From Klebsormidium nitens (Eukaryota; Plantae; Klebsormidiophyceae): a stretch of 39,691 nucleotides of DNA. Both the position numbers and the translations under genes were made by a program. The notes beneath the pieces were generated by a model. That model was not told the origin of the DNA. It was given only the letters and a program-made list of their open reading frames with translations, and ran no database searches. Shown one piece after another: positions 12,904 to 26,169 of the stretch. The first letter of the stretch is position 1. Every line of letters begins with the position of its first letter. The stretch lies in contig DF237675.1 in assembly GCA_000708835.1 (NCBI GenBank), forward strand, positions 1 to 39,691. The letters are read 5' to 3'.

Positions 12904-15900
12904 TTAGGGTGGTGGTAAGAACGGGACTGCGACAGGGACCAGGCTGGGGTGTCTCTTGTTGTGAGGAGCCTCGCTCGTGCTGACCAGAGACGCGTCCAAG
13001 CAGCTCGTGATCAGCGCCAGCGTGTCAACCTACACATCACGAAACAGCTTGGCAATGAACAATGTAGCCGAAGACGGGGTTGCTGGTAAATCCGCTTACA
13101 CATTGTACGTGTCCTGGGCAAGCATACAAAAAATTTCCTTCTTGCTCTGCGCTCTCTCGAGCGGAGTCAAAGGGGCGACAGCCCTGGAGCTTACCGCGAC
13201 CTTGTCTGCGCCGGTGACGCGCGCCGCTGCGTCGTACTGCGCCGCGGCCTCGTCCGTGGACAGCATGGGGAACAGCTTGCCCACAATGTCCTGCACCGCA
13301 CCACCAGCGTCAGCCACGACCACCACACAGCGGGACGGGGGAAAGAACATCACCGCCCTGCGCCTGGAAGCCGCAGAAGGCCGTCCAGGAAATAGGGGAT
13401 TGGGGTCGTGAAAGCCATGTCGGCAGAAAAGCATGGGCTCTGCCGAAAAGCACTCACGAGAAAGTCGCGCCGCCGGAAGGCGTTTTTGTGCGCCGTGTCC
13501 TTCCAGCGCAGGATCTTGGTCCACTTCTTTACGCGCGGTCTGCAGGACAGCACACGCGGCGCGTCATTTGGCAAGTAGGCGGCAGAGAGAGGATTGAGCC
13601 TGGCAGTACAGATTGGACGGCAAAACCCTCGCCCTCCACACGAGCGGGCGAACTGACGCACGAAAACGGAAAAGGCTGTGCCATACGTCGCAATCGCCAT
13701 CGCGTAGTGTCCATTTGAAACCCGAAGCTGTGCAGAAAACGTGTCAGCAAACCAATTGTGGTCGACACAGGGCCTCTGGCGGGCAGCACTGACTCGTTCT
13801 TGGCGAGGAGGCGCGCGGTCAGGAAGTCGATGGCGGCCGCGCGCGACGGGTGGGGCGTGTACGCAGCGTACTCCGACGCCAACCCCGCCAGCTGCAACGG
13901 CCAGGCACAGCACGTCAGACGGGAAAGTCATAAGACGGGGAAGACGGCTGCGTTACTGCGTGATTGTGATTCAGTCGCCTCTCGTCCACTCAAGCGCATT
14001 CGAAACAGGGAGCATCGCGAAGCGCCAAGCTCGAGGGACGCTGCTTGGCATGTCCCCCTTGCGACACCGAAGCGACTAGGAGTGCTGGGGTCTGCCCCTG
14101 CCCCTTGCTCCACATTTGAGTAACTCTGGCACGCAGCGATGCCCTTCGAAGCGGCCGCTGACCTCGTCGTCCTTCATGCCCGGGTACAGCTCAGCGAGCC
14201 AGTCCTGGAAGCCGTCTCCGCTGTCCAGCGCCGCCGCGGCCGCCACCCGCCGCCAGTGCATGGTGTACCGCCACGTGGCGTCGTCCGCCTTGCCCGCCAG
14301 CACCTGCCCGAACAGGCGCACCACCGCGCTCCCCCCCGCGTGCCGCTCCACCGCACTCAGCAGCCCGTGCGCCACCTGCACGCGCAAGCGCGCCGCACAA
14401 GCGCGCCGCACAGTAGGTCAGCGCCAGAGCAAGCCACCGACCCTTCGGGCCTTGAAGTTCATCGACCAGTGAGAGGGCGACGCCCCACCTGCCGCAGCCC
14501 TGCCAACGGACCGCACACCTGACGAGCAGCCGACAAGGCCGCCCGCCGCCACAAACCGGTGCGGCCTCCTTGTCCTACACAAGACCTCGGCAGCTGGGCT
14601 GCCAACTCCTCTCCGGGACCGGCCCTGCGGCGGCTCACCAGCAGCACGGTGGCCCGCACGCCGTACTTGTCCTCCAGCCACTTGTACAGGAACACGTGGA
14701 GCGACGTCCGCGTCCCCGTCACGGTCGTCCCGCCGCGCGCCTCGGCCACGTCATCGTCTCCGTCGCGGTCGGGCGCGCCGGCCGCGTCGGGGGCGCCCTC
14801 GGACTTGAGCTTGGCACGAAATACCGCCTCGATCGTGGCCAGCAACGACTGCGCGAGGCGAAAAGGGAAACGGGGCGTAAGACTGCGAAGACTTATACTG
14901 AGGGCTAAGTGGAGCAAGGTGACTCGTCTTGAGTCTAAGAAGATACTTATCGGACGCGGCAGCCGACGTAAAGAGACATGATCATGAAGCTAACACCGCA
15001 AGGTTGTAGCAGATCCAAACGGAATGGGAGGTTTTCCTCGTACATCTTTTGACTCAGCCGGAAGAGAGTTGTTGAACTTCCGTACGAGCGCAGTGCACGA
15101 AGCAGATCCATCAACCCCTTGGCCGTAGCACTCGTAGAGGCCCGGCGTCACTCGAGCCGCGAGTGCCCGTGTCGCTGCTCCGCGGCTGCTGCGGCTGCGG
15201 CCCTCACCTGCAGGTCCACGTCCCTCCGCCTCGTTGTACGCGGCAGCCGAGACCGCACCGCGGCCGTGGGCGCCAGCGCTGCGGCGGCCGCCCCCCAGCT
15301 GGCCACGCGCGCGAAGTATCCCTCCCACAACGGGTCGTCCGCCGACGGGCCGGCAGATGCCTCGCCGTTGGCGTCCGGGCCAGCGCGGGAAAGCGCACTG
15401 GGGCCCTTCTGGCCGCGCTCCTCGGGGGGGCGGTTCTCGTTCTGGGGGCTCCCCCGATGTTGGTGCAACGGCGGGGGAGTGGGGGACGCGGCGGCGGGGA
15501 CCGGGCCGCCGGTGGCTGCGGGAGGAGAGCGCACGCGGATGTGGGTGGCGTCCCGTGGTAGGGAGAAGGCGGCCTGGATCTCGGGGGTGCGGCCGGGGAG
15601 TGGGCGGAGGGGCGCGGGCGCGCGCAGCAGGGCGAAGGTGGCACCGCCGTCGTAGGACACCTCCAAGTCCACCTACGGCCGAGACAGGAGGGGGCGGAGT
15701 CAGGGCCGAGGGGGCAGGCGAAAAGAGCATCGAAAGCAGAGTCGTCGATTCGAACGGTAGAATGTGGCGAGCTCTTCGAACAGGCCAGAGGCTATTAAAC
15801 AGAGTCCCAAGCTGGAAAGGCTCTCCTCCAACTCTGATTTTAAATTTTGAGCCGTCCAGCTGGACCATCGAACGGTGATCTGACACCGCGTTCTTCCAGA

Positions 15901-18900
15901 GCGAAAACCGAGAAAGCAAGGTTTAGGCAGAACCCATGGCTGCGATTGGCCCGTCCTCTTCCTTCTGATCACGTGCTGCGCTTCAAGTGGTGGAAGACCC
16001 GCAACCTGATCTGCTTGAAGCAACTTAAAGCAGCAGAAATGATGAGAAAAGAATATGAGAAAGGTCGTTCTGAAGAAACCCAACTTGGGTCTTCCTTCGT
16101 GAGGTATAGAGCCTACCCGACTTGCTAGGATGGAGAGCATGATACAAAAACCGCGAGAGGGGCCAGGATCTCTGGACGGTGACTCGACCGCTCATTCGAC
16201 GTTCCTCAATAGACGTGATATGTTAACAGAGCGGCCAGGTCACAGCAGGTACACAGGCGGGGCGTCTCACGAAGCCTCCTCCTGGCATTGCCACAGAATG
16301 GCCATTCGGCAGAAGCAGGCTGTACCTGCTTGGCTGGGTCTGGTCCAGCCGGGGCAACAGCTGCGGGTGGCGCCGCTTTCGGCTGCTCCACGGGCGTCGA
16401 GGAGGAGAGGCGGCTCTCGAAGCTGCGGATGTGGGCGCTCAGCTTCACCTGCAGCGCAGACACACCCACACAGCCCGCTGAGTCACGTGACGGAGAGGGA
16501 ACGGAGGGCTGTGACGTCACGAACGGGCGTGGGTGCCCGCCGATTAGCCTGTTTGCAAGATAAGTCGAGCCGTCTTGGGAAGCCCTAGACCAGAGCATGT
16601 GAAGCAGCTACTCACAACTCTAGAGAAAGGCAAAACAGACGTGGACCTCCTAAAGCTTTGCTCGTAGTCGCTCTGAGTCGGCCAATCAAACTTGCAGGTC
16701 TGGCTGCGGGGCGGGAATGCGCCTCGGGACGCGGTGTGTGGCGCGCGTACCATTTCGTCCTGCATGGCCTGCACCTCCTGCACGAAGTCGGCCTTCACGC
16801 GGGCCACCTCGCTGGGGGGGCTGCTCTCCAGGGCCGCCTCGTACCTGCACACAGACTCCCGGCCGTCAGCGAAGACGTGCGTGCCGACTTTCTGGTAGCA
16901 CCAATGTTTCTTCGTGCCCATCAGCACGACGGATGAGCGGCCCGGCCTGCATCACCAGGCAACCCCGGTGCTGCGAACCACTTATCAATGAAGACAAGCT
17001 TGGCTGTAAAGTCAGTGAGAATGGTCGGTGATCTAGAGGAGACGCCGGCTTCCCCGATCGTCATTCCCAGACCCTACCGACTCGGACAAATCGAGGTCTC
17101 AAGATCGAAGAGGGATGATTCCCGTCGGTCTTCGTTGATGTCGCCTCTGCATGATGCTTTATTTCTGAACCCCAATATTGCCGTGGGGAGCCCTAGGCGG
17201 GAGCCCGCGGCGAGCAGGTGCCGAGACTTTCTGCGGCGCTCACTCTGTGATACGCGCGTTGTGCAGCAGGATGAGCTGGCTCTCCATAGCCACCGCCTCC
17301 GCGGCGTCGCTCTCCTCCTTGAGCTGTCGCGCCAGCGCCGCCACGGGACTGCCCGCCGCCCCCAGCGCGCCCGCCCCCTGCCCCGCCAGCGCCGGCTGCC
17401 GCAGCTCCGCAAACGCGAGCCGCACTGCCTCCTGCACACAGGCGCAACCGGCACAGTCTCACGCACTGCATCCACGGAGTCTATTCGAGGTGGGCTGCAA
17501 GTGTGTAGTTCTAGGAAGCTGAAATGAAGCCAGTTGCGCGTAGGTGCAGACGTTCCTTACTGCCTGTCCAGATTATCTGTCGAGCATACTTGAGTGCCTC
17601 CGATCACCTGATTCCGCATCCATCCAATTTTCGCAAGCGGCCTCTCGATGCAACGGACCTCGGGCCCCCGGCCGTCACCTGTTCCTTGGCCTTCTTCTTG
17701 AGCAGCCGCGTCTCCCGCTTGGCGTCGTGCGCGTCCTGCTGCCACCGCCGCACCTCCGCCTCCATTGCGCGAAGCGCCTCCATCTTCTCCCTCTGTCAAC
17801 AAAACTTTTCAAAGTTCATGGCATGCCACGTGACCAAACCGGCGGGGCCTTCCCATTGCACGCAAAGAGCGCCACATGATCTGACGTAGCCTAGTTCGCC
17901 GGAGCATCATGCGGCTGCTGCCCAACCACCTCGACTGCTAAACAATGTGCACGCACTGGTGGACAGGCAGAGTAGGTCAAGCAGCTGGCCGCTCCAGGAC
18001 ATCAAGACCTCCTGCATGTATTTCGCTGGGAAGTTTCTAAACTGCAACTGGTGAGCAACTGGAGGACGGCAGTGGCCTCCGGGCTTGCTTGACAAACAGG
18101 CAACGGGTGGGCAGGTCTGTTGACAACGACGGATGCTTCCAGGGACTCAACACAAGATCAGGGGCACAAGTGCCAAAGCTGGACGACTCTCGTCAAAGCA
18201 AACTTTCATAGACTATTCCGCAGAAGTCGAGCTCGACCTGAAACGGCCCTTAAAATTAGGCAAAGGTGTAAAGGAAAGCTACAAAGTTGGACATGCTGCT
18301 CCTTGGTGTTGACCTTCTTCCTGCCAAGGTTCTGAAAGCTCATAAATCGACTACTGCCAACCGAAACCACTCCCACACATCTTCGTGGTACCTCTCCTCA
18401 CCTCCGCCGTCTCGACCTTGCGCTGCGCCTCGTCCCGCTCGTGCCGCAGGCCGTACAGCTCCCCCTCCAGCGTGGCTATCCTGGCGGCCATCTCGGCCTC
18501 GTCGCGCGAGGGGGCCTCCTGCGCGGTGCGCTCCTTGAGGTACGCCAGCGACTGCGCCACCGTGTGCCGTTGCTCCTCCAGCTGGGCACTCAAGTGGGCA
18601 ACAGCCTGGCCAGGGGGGAAGAGGAAGACAGGAATGTTGGGCAAGGTGGAGAGGGTGGGGGAAGGACTGATTGGTTATGGAAACAGCTGACCACTGGATT
18701 TCACATAGAGATTGAATGCAGGGATGGGGCAAAGTCAGGTCAAGTGGTGGTCCATTGCAAGATCAGGATGAAAAACGGTTTGAGTTTCTTAGCCGATGAA
18801 TATTAATGAATATCCAGAAACTTACAACAAAAATGCAAAGACTTCGTTGAGACACAAGGCAATGGCCTTCTGATGATGAGCATAGACGTAATACTTGTTG

Positions 18901-19788
18901 CAATGACATTGTGTGTGCAGCCGACTTGCCTCTTGCGAATCTTGCAGCTGCTCAAAGAACGGGATGCCCTCCATCCCGGCATATGTCCCAGACCCCTCCC
19001 CCAGGGGCGACACCGTCAATGCATCACTGCAGGGCAACGACATGGGGCTCAAACATGCTTGCTACACAAGTGAACGGCTAGTACTTAAGACCTGAGAGAG
19101 GGGAAAGGGCACGACAAGAGAGTGCCCTGAGGATGCTTTGAGTGGCACTTGGTTATCATTCATGTTGCAGCTGGCGCTGCTGAGCTGGCGCACCTGTAGG
19201 CGCCCCTGAGGAGCTCGCTGGTGATCCTTTCCATGACGCGCTGCAACGGGCCCAGCGCCCCTGACGCCAGGATGCTGCGCAGCACCGCCACGTGGCACGC
19301 CAGCCGCTTGCTGCTGGGGGCAGGGGCAGCGGTGCCATCGGGGGCAGCGCTCACGGCGCCGGCCACGCCCAGGGCGTCGTTCAGCTGCACCTGCACACCC
19401 ATGTGGTTCATCGAGGGCTGAGCTTCAACAACAAAAGCAGCAGCATCAGCAGTGCTATCAGGAAGGCACTAGGTCAGGTATCGCGTGTGGTACTGGCATT
19501 TTCTGGGGCCCTTGACGCCCGCCACTTTACTTGTGAGCTGTTCTCCTTGGTTCCTGTTCAAAGAGCTGGAGCGTCCAGTGGAGCTCGTGTGAGTCACTCT
19601 CAATTCGAGGCTGGACGCCCTGAGCTCGGGGCTGTGATGAGGAGCTGGCGCTGGACCGAATGCGGTTTGCACAAAGTGTGCCTTACCTCGAACTGAATGG
19701 CCTCGGATCTATGCGGCCTGCTGGGCACAGATGACACCGCCACCAGGCCGTTGTGAGCCCGCCTCTTTGCGAGGACGTCGAACTCCAT
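12904..19788 (-). CDS. Large multi-exon coiled-coil protein with a TSNAXIP1-like (cilium/flagellum-associated type) C-terminal region; start uncertain
   Basis: Phase-compatible exons include 16844-16751, 16448-16326, 15672-15208, 14848-14639, 14375-14163 and 13029-12904. Further coiled-coil exons lie near 17250-17430, 17660-17790, 18400-18600, 19200-19400 and 19687-19788. SLHVFLYKWLEDKYG...VRLFGQVLAGKADD...FQDWLAELYPGMKDDE resembles, from memory, the TSNAXIP1 F.E.RFG / FY.VLMGK / F...L...FP.K.EE pattern. Could be two genes. Confidence 0.55.
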
Positions 19789-20648
19789 CCTCCTTGCTCA
19801 GCACATGGCAGCTCGTCGTGAAATGGTTCGAGCCATTTCAAACCCTAACCCTAACTGAGAAATCTGCAATAAGACGCCAACAGCTTGGGCTTCATTGTTT
19901 CGTTGAATGGACCATAGCTGGCGGCGGGAGCTGCTAAGAGCTTGAGGATCATCTACGGCGAGATACACTCAAGAAAAACGTGCAGAATTCTACAACAACT
20001 GCTGTCAGGCTAAATAGCGCATATCAAAGAGGCCAGACTGCTCCAGGAATTGCTGAAGCCTGTGAAGGATACGAAACTGTGAAAGGCGCCCGTGCTATTA
20101 GGACTAGAGGCTACCTGTCAGACAAGCGAAGCCAATGTCAAAGCCAATGCTTCGAATTGGCTCTCGACTGAGCTGGCAGCCCATTACAATGTTCAGCTAG
20201 ATATCGCTACCTAGGTATTTCATCACTGAGTCTGACATCAGATTCACATCCTGTACAGAGGAAGTCATCCTGTGCTGCCACGGCCGTTTGTGCTTCTGGT
20301 CCTCCATCGTACGGCCAGCAAGCGGCCATGTCCCTAGGGTGCCGTACCTGGACAACAGAAGCATCGTGCAAGAGCCGTCCGATCAAAAGTGATTTACGTT
20401 CTACGGTGACGGAACACACTTCCTAATACAATGACATTGCATACCCACACTCTGCGACTAGGAGGCGGCGAGGGAGTAGGACTATGGTCAGAGTAGTTAT
20501 AGCAGCTCCAGAGTCTACCGGTACTGCCACTGGCTTCAGCAGCAGGATTCTGTCAGTTTTAGTTGTTCAAACAGCATCTCGAGCAGGGCGGTGTTGAGGC
20601 GACCTGTGCACCACAGCCTGAGTTGCTGCCAAGTTGCGGTACGCAGGA

Positions 20649-23600
20649 ATGATGGCGGCGGCCATTGCGGGACCGCTTGCGGTGCACTCACTGGTGGCAA
20701 GGGCGTCACTAACAGGGCCAGGGCAATGCTCGTCTTCCTTGAGCGAGCGTGCATTCAGTGCTCGCCCTCTGTATCCTGGCATTCTGCGGCACCCTTTGGT
20801 TGGTCCGAGGCTGCCCAGGAAGCAGGCGGCAGGTAGGCTGTGCCAAGCGGGGGTCGTCAGGGCGGGCTTGGAGAGCTTGGACGTCCCTGGCGCCATCTCC
20901 ACCGCACACTCGGTGACAGAGGCACTTGCGACCCGTGCTCACGACCTTGTCTACACCCTGGCTGCGGACCCTGCCGTTACGGATGCCGTCCAGGCGGCAG
21001 GCGACGCAGTTAAAAATGATAATGGAGGCCCGCTCAACATCCTGACCGGCGTTATGGAGAGCACCCTGAATGTGAGTACCGCCCCTCTCTAGTCAAACCC
21101 GGGTGAATCTTGTCTTGGAAATCCGTGCATTGGCTCTCAGCATTGCTTTTTGGGGCAACAGACTCGGTTGAATTTTCAGAGGGTTGTATTTTACTTACAG
21201 GCAGAGGGGTCCAATTAAGACATGGTTACCATCCCTTCTTCATTGCTCCTGTTCCTGTTGTCCAGCAACATGCTATCTCTCAGGCTTTCCAGGACCGCAA
21301 GTTTCGACCGAAGCACATGCTGGCACACAGGGCAATTTTGGCTAGGTGCAGCTCTTTTCTCCTGAAGTGGTTGCAGCTTTAGCTCTTCCTTGATGTGTCA
21401 AGCACTTCTCTGGTGCACAACTGCGACACTTCAATCAAGGCTGCCTCCTGGCCTTGTTTCATTTTGGGAGAGGTTGGGGTACGCACGCCAGCCTGTTTGT
21501 CGCGCTGGCGGGTCAACAATCCTCACCAGCAAGGGGCGCAGAATGGTATCCTGAATCGCACCTCCAATTTGAAGTTGCCTCTGCCAATTGTCATCGATAT
21601 GGAATGGAAGGAATCTCCTGTGGAAACCCTATCATCAAATGTGTGCCCAGAAGTTTGGTGAGCGTATCAGCGCAAGACTCTTGCAGCCAGAGACTGTGGA
21701 GTGCAGACAGGGGTTAGACAAGGCCCGTCTCCAAAGCTTTGGTAAGGAATTGCACGAACTTCACAAATCATCGATGGCGGGAGTGGTCGAGGAGAACGCT
21801 GAGGGCTGCTGTGAATAACGCATGGGTTGCAGCCTGCGGTGGTACACTGAGTGTGTGGCTGTGGTGTGGGGTGCAGCTGCTGGAGGCGGGGCTGCAGACG
21901 CTGCACGTGCCGTACGCCTACGGCTTTGCCATCATCCTGCTCACGCTGCTCGTCAAGGCGCTCACCTTCCCCCTCACCAAGCAGCAGGTACGCACGCCAG
22001 GCCCCCAGCCCGGCACCCTCCCTGAATATGCCCGAGAGGCATGGCAGGAAAGGGAATTGTGACTAGGACGGGAGCGCCGCATCAAAGTCTGCTCCTGCGC
22101 ATGCTGGCCGATGGTGCAGCCGGCCTGTTTGTGTTGTTGCTGTACCCTGGGGTGACGCTGTGGCGGTGTGCAGGTGGAGTCCACTCTGAACATGCAGGCG
22201 CTGGCGCCCAAGGTGAAGGCCATCCAGGAGCGCTACAAGGGCGACCAGGTGCGACCCCCTGACTGCACTGCCGACTGCACTCTGGAAGAGCTTTACCTCG
22301 CTCTCCTGGCGGAGCAAGCTGGTCTGGTCTGCAAGGCTTGATTATTTGGAAAGATTTTCCGCTCGGGCAGAAGTGTTCTGTGTTGCCGGTGTTGCCCATC
22401 CCTGATACACTCGTCCCTCCTCCTCGCGCCCCCTGCTGCCCTAGCGCTGACCCGTGCCAAGTATGCCGTGCAGGAGCGCATCCAGCTGGAGACGTCACGC
22501 CTGTACAAAACCGCAGGGGTCAATCCACTAGCAGGTATGCAAGCCAAATTCTTGCATGGGCAAACCAAAAAAACTCGGCAATTTGCTGCGTGCTGTTGTG
22601 AAAAACAATCCTTTGCGCCTGCACTCATGCCTTGGTGCTTCGGGTCCCTTTCCTACCACTGACCGCTCCTGTTTCGCTGTCCCCCAGGCTGCCTCCCCAC
22701 CCTGGCCACGCTACCTGTCTGGATTGGCTTGTACCGGGCGCTGTCTAATGTCGCCAGTGAGGTAGGCCCCACACCGCCCGCCTCGCTCCTTCCTTCCTGC
22801 ACAGCTGCGCAGGCCCGGTGTGCTGCAATTGACCCCGCTGCTCTCCATGTTCTGTACTTGGGCAGGAAGGCAGTCGGCCGCCTGTGGCCTCCTTGGGTGT
22901 CACCCCCGAGTCCCTCTGCCCGTCTCGAGTTGGCCTGGTGACAGGCTCCTGTCTCCGCCAGCATTTCCCAGTGGCCCGCAACCTTGTGCTACGTGAAAGT
23001 TTTGTTGTGGCCAGTTGCAGTGTGCCCCCTCCCCTCACTTCGTTCCCTTGGCTGCCGTGCAGGGCTTGTTGACGGAGGGCTTTTTCTGGATCCCGACCCT
23101 GGCCGGCCCCACCACCATTGCGGAGCGCGGCACCGGCTCCGGCACATCCTGGCTCTTCCCCTTCATCGTACGTCCCCACGCCCCTCCTCCCCTGCTCGAA
23201 GACGAACCTGCCCTCGCTTCTTCTTGCCCTGTGGTCGCTTTCGTGATCCGGCCCTGCCTGCCTAGCCTCTCTTCGTGGCCCCCTGCCTGCCTTGCCCGCC
23301 TGTTCCCGTGCTCGCCTGCCTGGCCGCGCTCAGCCATGCTTTGGGTGTCCGTGTGTGCAGGACGGGCAGCCCCCGCTGGGGTGGCAGGACACTCTGGCGT
23401 ACTTGGTGCTGCCCGTGGTGCTCGTCATCTCGCAGTTCGTCTCCATGCAGCTCATGGCGCCCCCCGAGGTACACCTCCCCCCGCAACCCTCCGCGCTGCG
23501 GCTGCTGCAGCTGCAGGCCCGCCCCTGTGTAGCCGCTCGCTCGTCTGCCCCAGCCTGGTCTGCAGATGTCCCTTCGCAATTGTATGCGGCCCGTGTCGAA

Positions 23601-24798
23601 AAAATACATGCCACCTTGCTGGTTCCCTCTCGAGGTCACCCCGTCATTGAGCGTCTTGTCTAGGGCTACTTGCTCGGTACGGTTTGATTTCGGGCATCTC
23701 AGGGCGCCAGTTCTGACGTGTGCTTTGCTTTGGGTGGCGCAGTCTCAAGACCCCGCGCAGAAGCAGTCGCAGGCCATCCTCAAGTTCCTGCCGCTCATGA
23801 TTGGCTACTTCTCGCTCTCCGTCCCCTCCGGCCTCAGCCTCTACTGGTGAGCCTCGCGTGGCGCGCGCCACCCCTGCCCCGCACACAGGCCCCCTCTGCC
23901 CAAGCACGTTGTCATTTTCATTGGAAGGGGCAGAGAAGGACACATCACGTACTTCTTTCAAGGACATGCGGGAAACACCGCAGTGATGCCGCAGCACGTC
24001 CTGCGGTCCGACTAAGTCCAGGCTAGCGCTGGAGCGTACTTTATGCTTTCCTGGCTCTCCCCGCTGACGCATGCGTGTTTGCGTGCCAGGTTGACCAACA
24101 ACGTGCTGAGCACCGCGCAGCAGGTGTACCTGAAGAAGGGCGGCGGCGCCAAGGCCGGCCTCAGCTCGCTCGAGGACGAGGGCTTCATCGACCCGGGCAA
24201 GGCGCGGCGCACCACCGTCAAGGACCTCAGCCCGCCCCCGCGCACTCCCGGGGCAGTGATCGACACGGAGGTGACAGAGCGGCCGTCCGCCGGGGAGCTG
24301 TTCCGGAGGCGGAAGGAGGAAGAGGATGCGAAAAGGGCGGATCGGCGAAGGGTCGCTGAGGCCGCGCAGCAGAAGAAGGACGCCGAGGCAGCCGCGCGCA
24401 AAGAGGAGGCCGAGAAACGATCCGCGGAGGCGGCGCAGGTGAGCACACACAGCGACGAGAAGCAAGGGGAGGACGCGGCGAGCGGGGTGTTGCAGGAAGT
24501 GCTCGTGAAGCTGAGGGGGCGCAACGAGGCCGGAGCTCGTCAAATAGATTACCGTGGCATGGTCAAAGTTTGTGGCGCCACCTTCTAACTCACATTTTTG
24601 TGATCCAATTTCCAGGTCGAAGCGAGCACAGAAAGCGAGGCGGATGCGGAGGGGGGCAACGGTGCTGCGGAGGTATCTACGGACACAAGTAGCACAGCGC
24701 CACTTCCTGGAGACTCCAATGGTGGTCAGAACGGCGCTCCAAAGGTCGGGGTGCCGGCAGGGACGCGGTCAAAGCGGTCAAGGAGAAGAAGGTCGTAG
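20649..24798 (+). CDS. ALB3: ALB3 thylakoid membrane protein insertase (YidC/Oxa1/Alb3 family); 10 exons
   Basis: Exons 20649-21071, 21877-21987, 22174-22248, 22474-22534, 22688-22761, 23063-23167, 23361-23468, 23743-23846, 24090-24438, 24616-24798. Motifs [86 protein letters not shown]. Transit-peptide-like N-terminus and basic tail RSKRSRRRRS. Confidence 0.95.
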
Positions 24799-26169
24799 TG
24801 CCTTGCTCTTTCATCTCGTTAGCGCGTGTTGATTTTTCAGTATGCGGTATGCAAGTGATAAGCGTTTCTTCGAACGATCTCTGCTGTGGATTTTACAAAT
24901 AAATATCTGGGGGCACCGGCTTCGTATGGACTTGCGATTCTACACGCAGTTTGGAAAGGTTTTGACAATGTACAACTGGAGGAAAGAGAGTCTATTCAAC
25001 AGGCACGTTGAGCCAGGTTCGATATCGAAGTCCAACAATTTGACACACACCGAAAAGTATGGTCAAACATGATTGGGCTATGCAGTCCTTTCTGTGAGAA
25101 GGTAGTTGTCTTGTCACTATCTTAGCTAGCACTTCCGTCAACAGCTCCTTCATGAGCATACTCGTAGTTGACTCGTTTCAGACGCTGTCTCGCTTGTTGG
25201 CGGTGAGTGTCACATGATTGGTGGCGAATGTCTGCACAGACAGTGACAAACTACCTGCAGCCTGATAGTTTATAGACACCTACACGTGGCCTATGACCAT
25301 TTGACTCTGATATACAGCCTGTTCGGTATATAGACGTCGCGGTCAATGATGCACACCATGCCGCGGTCTGGATCCTTGTTTGCATGCACGCTACGTACGC
25401 TGCAATGTCATGCATCATCTTTGTGGGAGTAAGCTTGCACATACATACACCGTTAACTACATGGCCAGTCATGTGGCCTTCAATTCTTAAGTTTAGTCTT
25501 AATTGAAGCTCCGGTTACTGCAGCATGAATACGCCTGGCCGCGGCGTACAACAAGTTAAGCCAGTTATGTGCGGTTAGTTACATTGTTCGAGTTACCCTG
25601 CATTCACAATCAGCACGTACATAGCAGTTCTGCTTTAACCTTTGGGTTATGTCAGTCAGGATACCCCCGTGAATCATAAAACGTGAACATGCTAGACTTA
25701 CTAATGGAACATTACAACCACCCATGCTGTCTTAAAGTGAAACATCAATCACTCCAATCTGCTGAATATAAGCAGTGGCTCCGGCTAGACAACACAAGCT
25801 CGACCGCTAAGTAACAGTTCTATGGCTGTGTAGTGGTTTTTGCATGCTCAGACCCTGTATTCCGGGGCCTTTCCAATCTGAGCACATCTATCTGTACAGG
25901 TGCAAAACCTATGTGCAATCCAAACACTATCGATTTTGACGCATGCAGTCTACGCCTCATCAATAACAGGTATCAAGGGCGACACTGAAGCTGGCTCCAC
26001 ATCCTGCGCACTATTTCTATCCCTGTGCTAAAGCTTCCCCCAACGGAAGTAGCTGATATCGTGGTATTGCCTTGACTCTTCGCGGGGAAGCTTTGTTATG
26101 TTACGGACTGGCCCAACGCCGCCCGTGCTCCTCCATCACGCTCCGCTCCTTTCTCCGCCGCAGCTCTAC

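Noticed and set aside
14990-15919. Long Pro/Arg/Ala-rich overlapping ORFs (309, 214, 178, 146 aa)
   Set aside because: Alternative-frame and antisense shadows of one GC-rich exon (15672-15208); stop codons are scarce at this GC content.
19815-19845. GGTTCGAGCC as a tRNA T-arm or SINE B-box
   Set aside because: No acceptor stem, D-arm, anticodon arm or A-box can be folded around it.
23250-23335. CCTG/GCCT low-complexity run in an ALB3 intron
   Set aside because: Short, degenerate pyrimidine-rich intron sequence; no regular array.
23644-24543. 299-aa and 170-aa minus-strand ORFs
   Set aside because: Antisense to ALB3 exons 8-9; no independent splice or domain support.
24800-26070. AT-richer 1.3-kb stretch as a possible hidden gene or ncRNA
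   Set aside because: No convincing ORF, splice pattern or fold; consistent with 3'UTRs of the convergent ALB3 and PAS genes.
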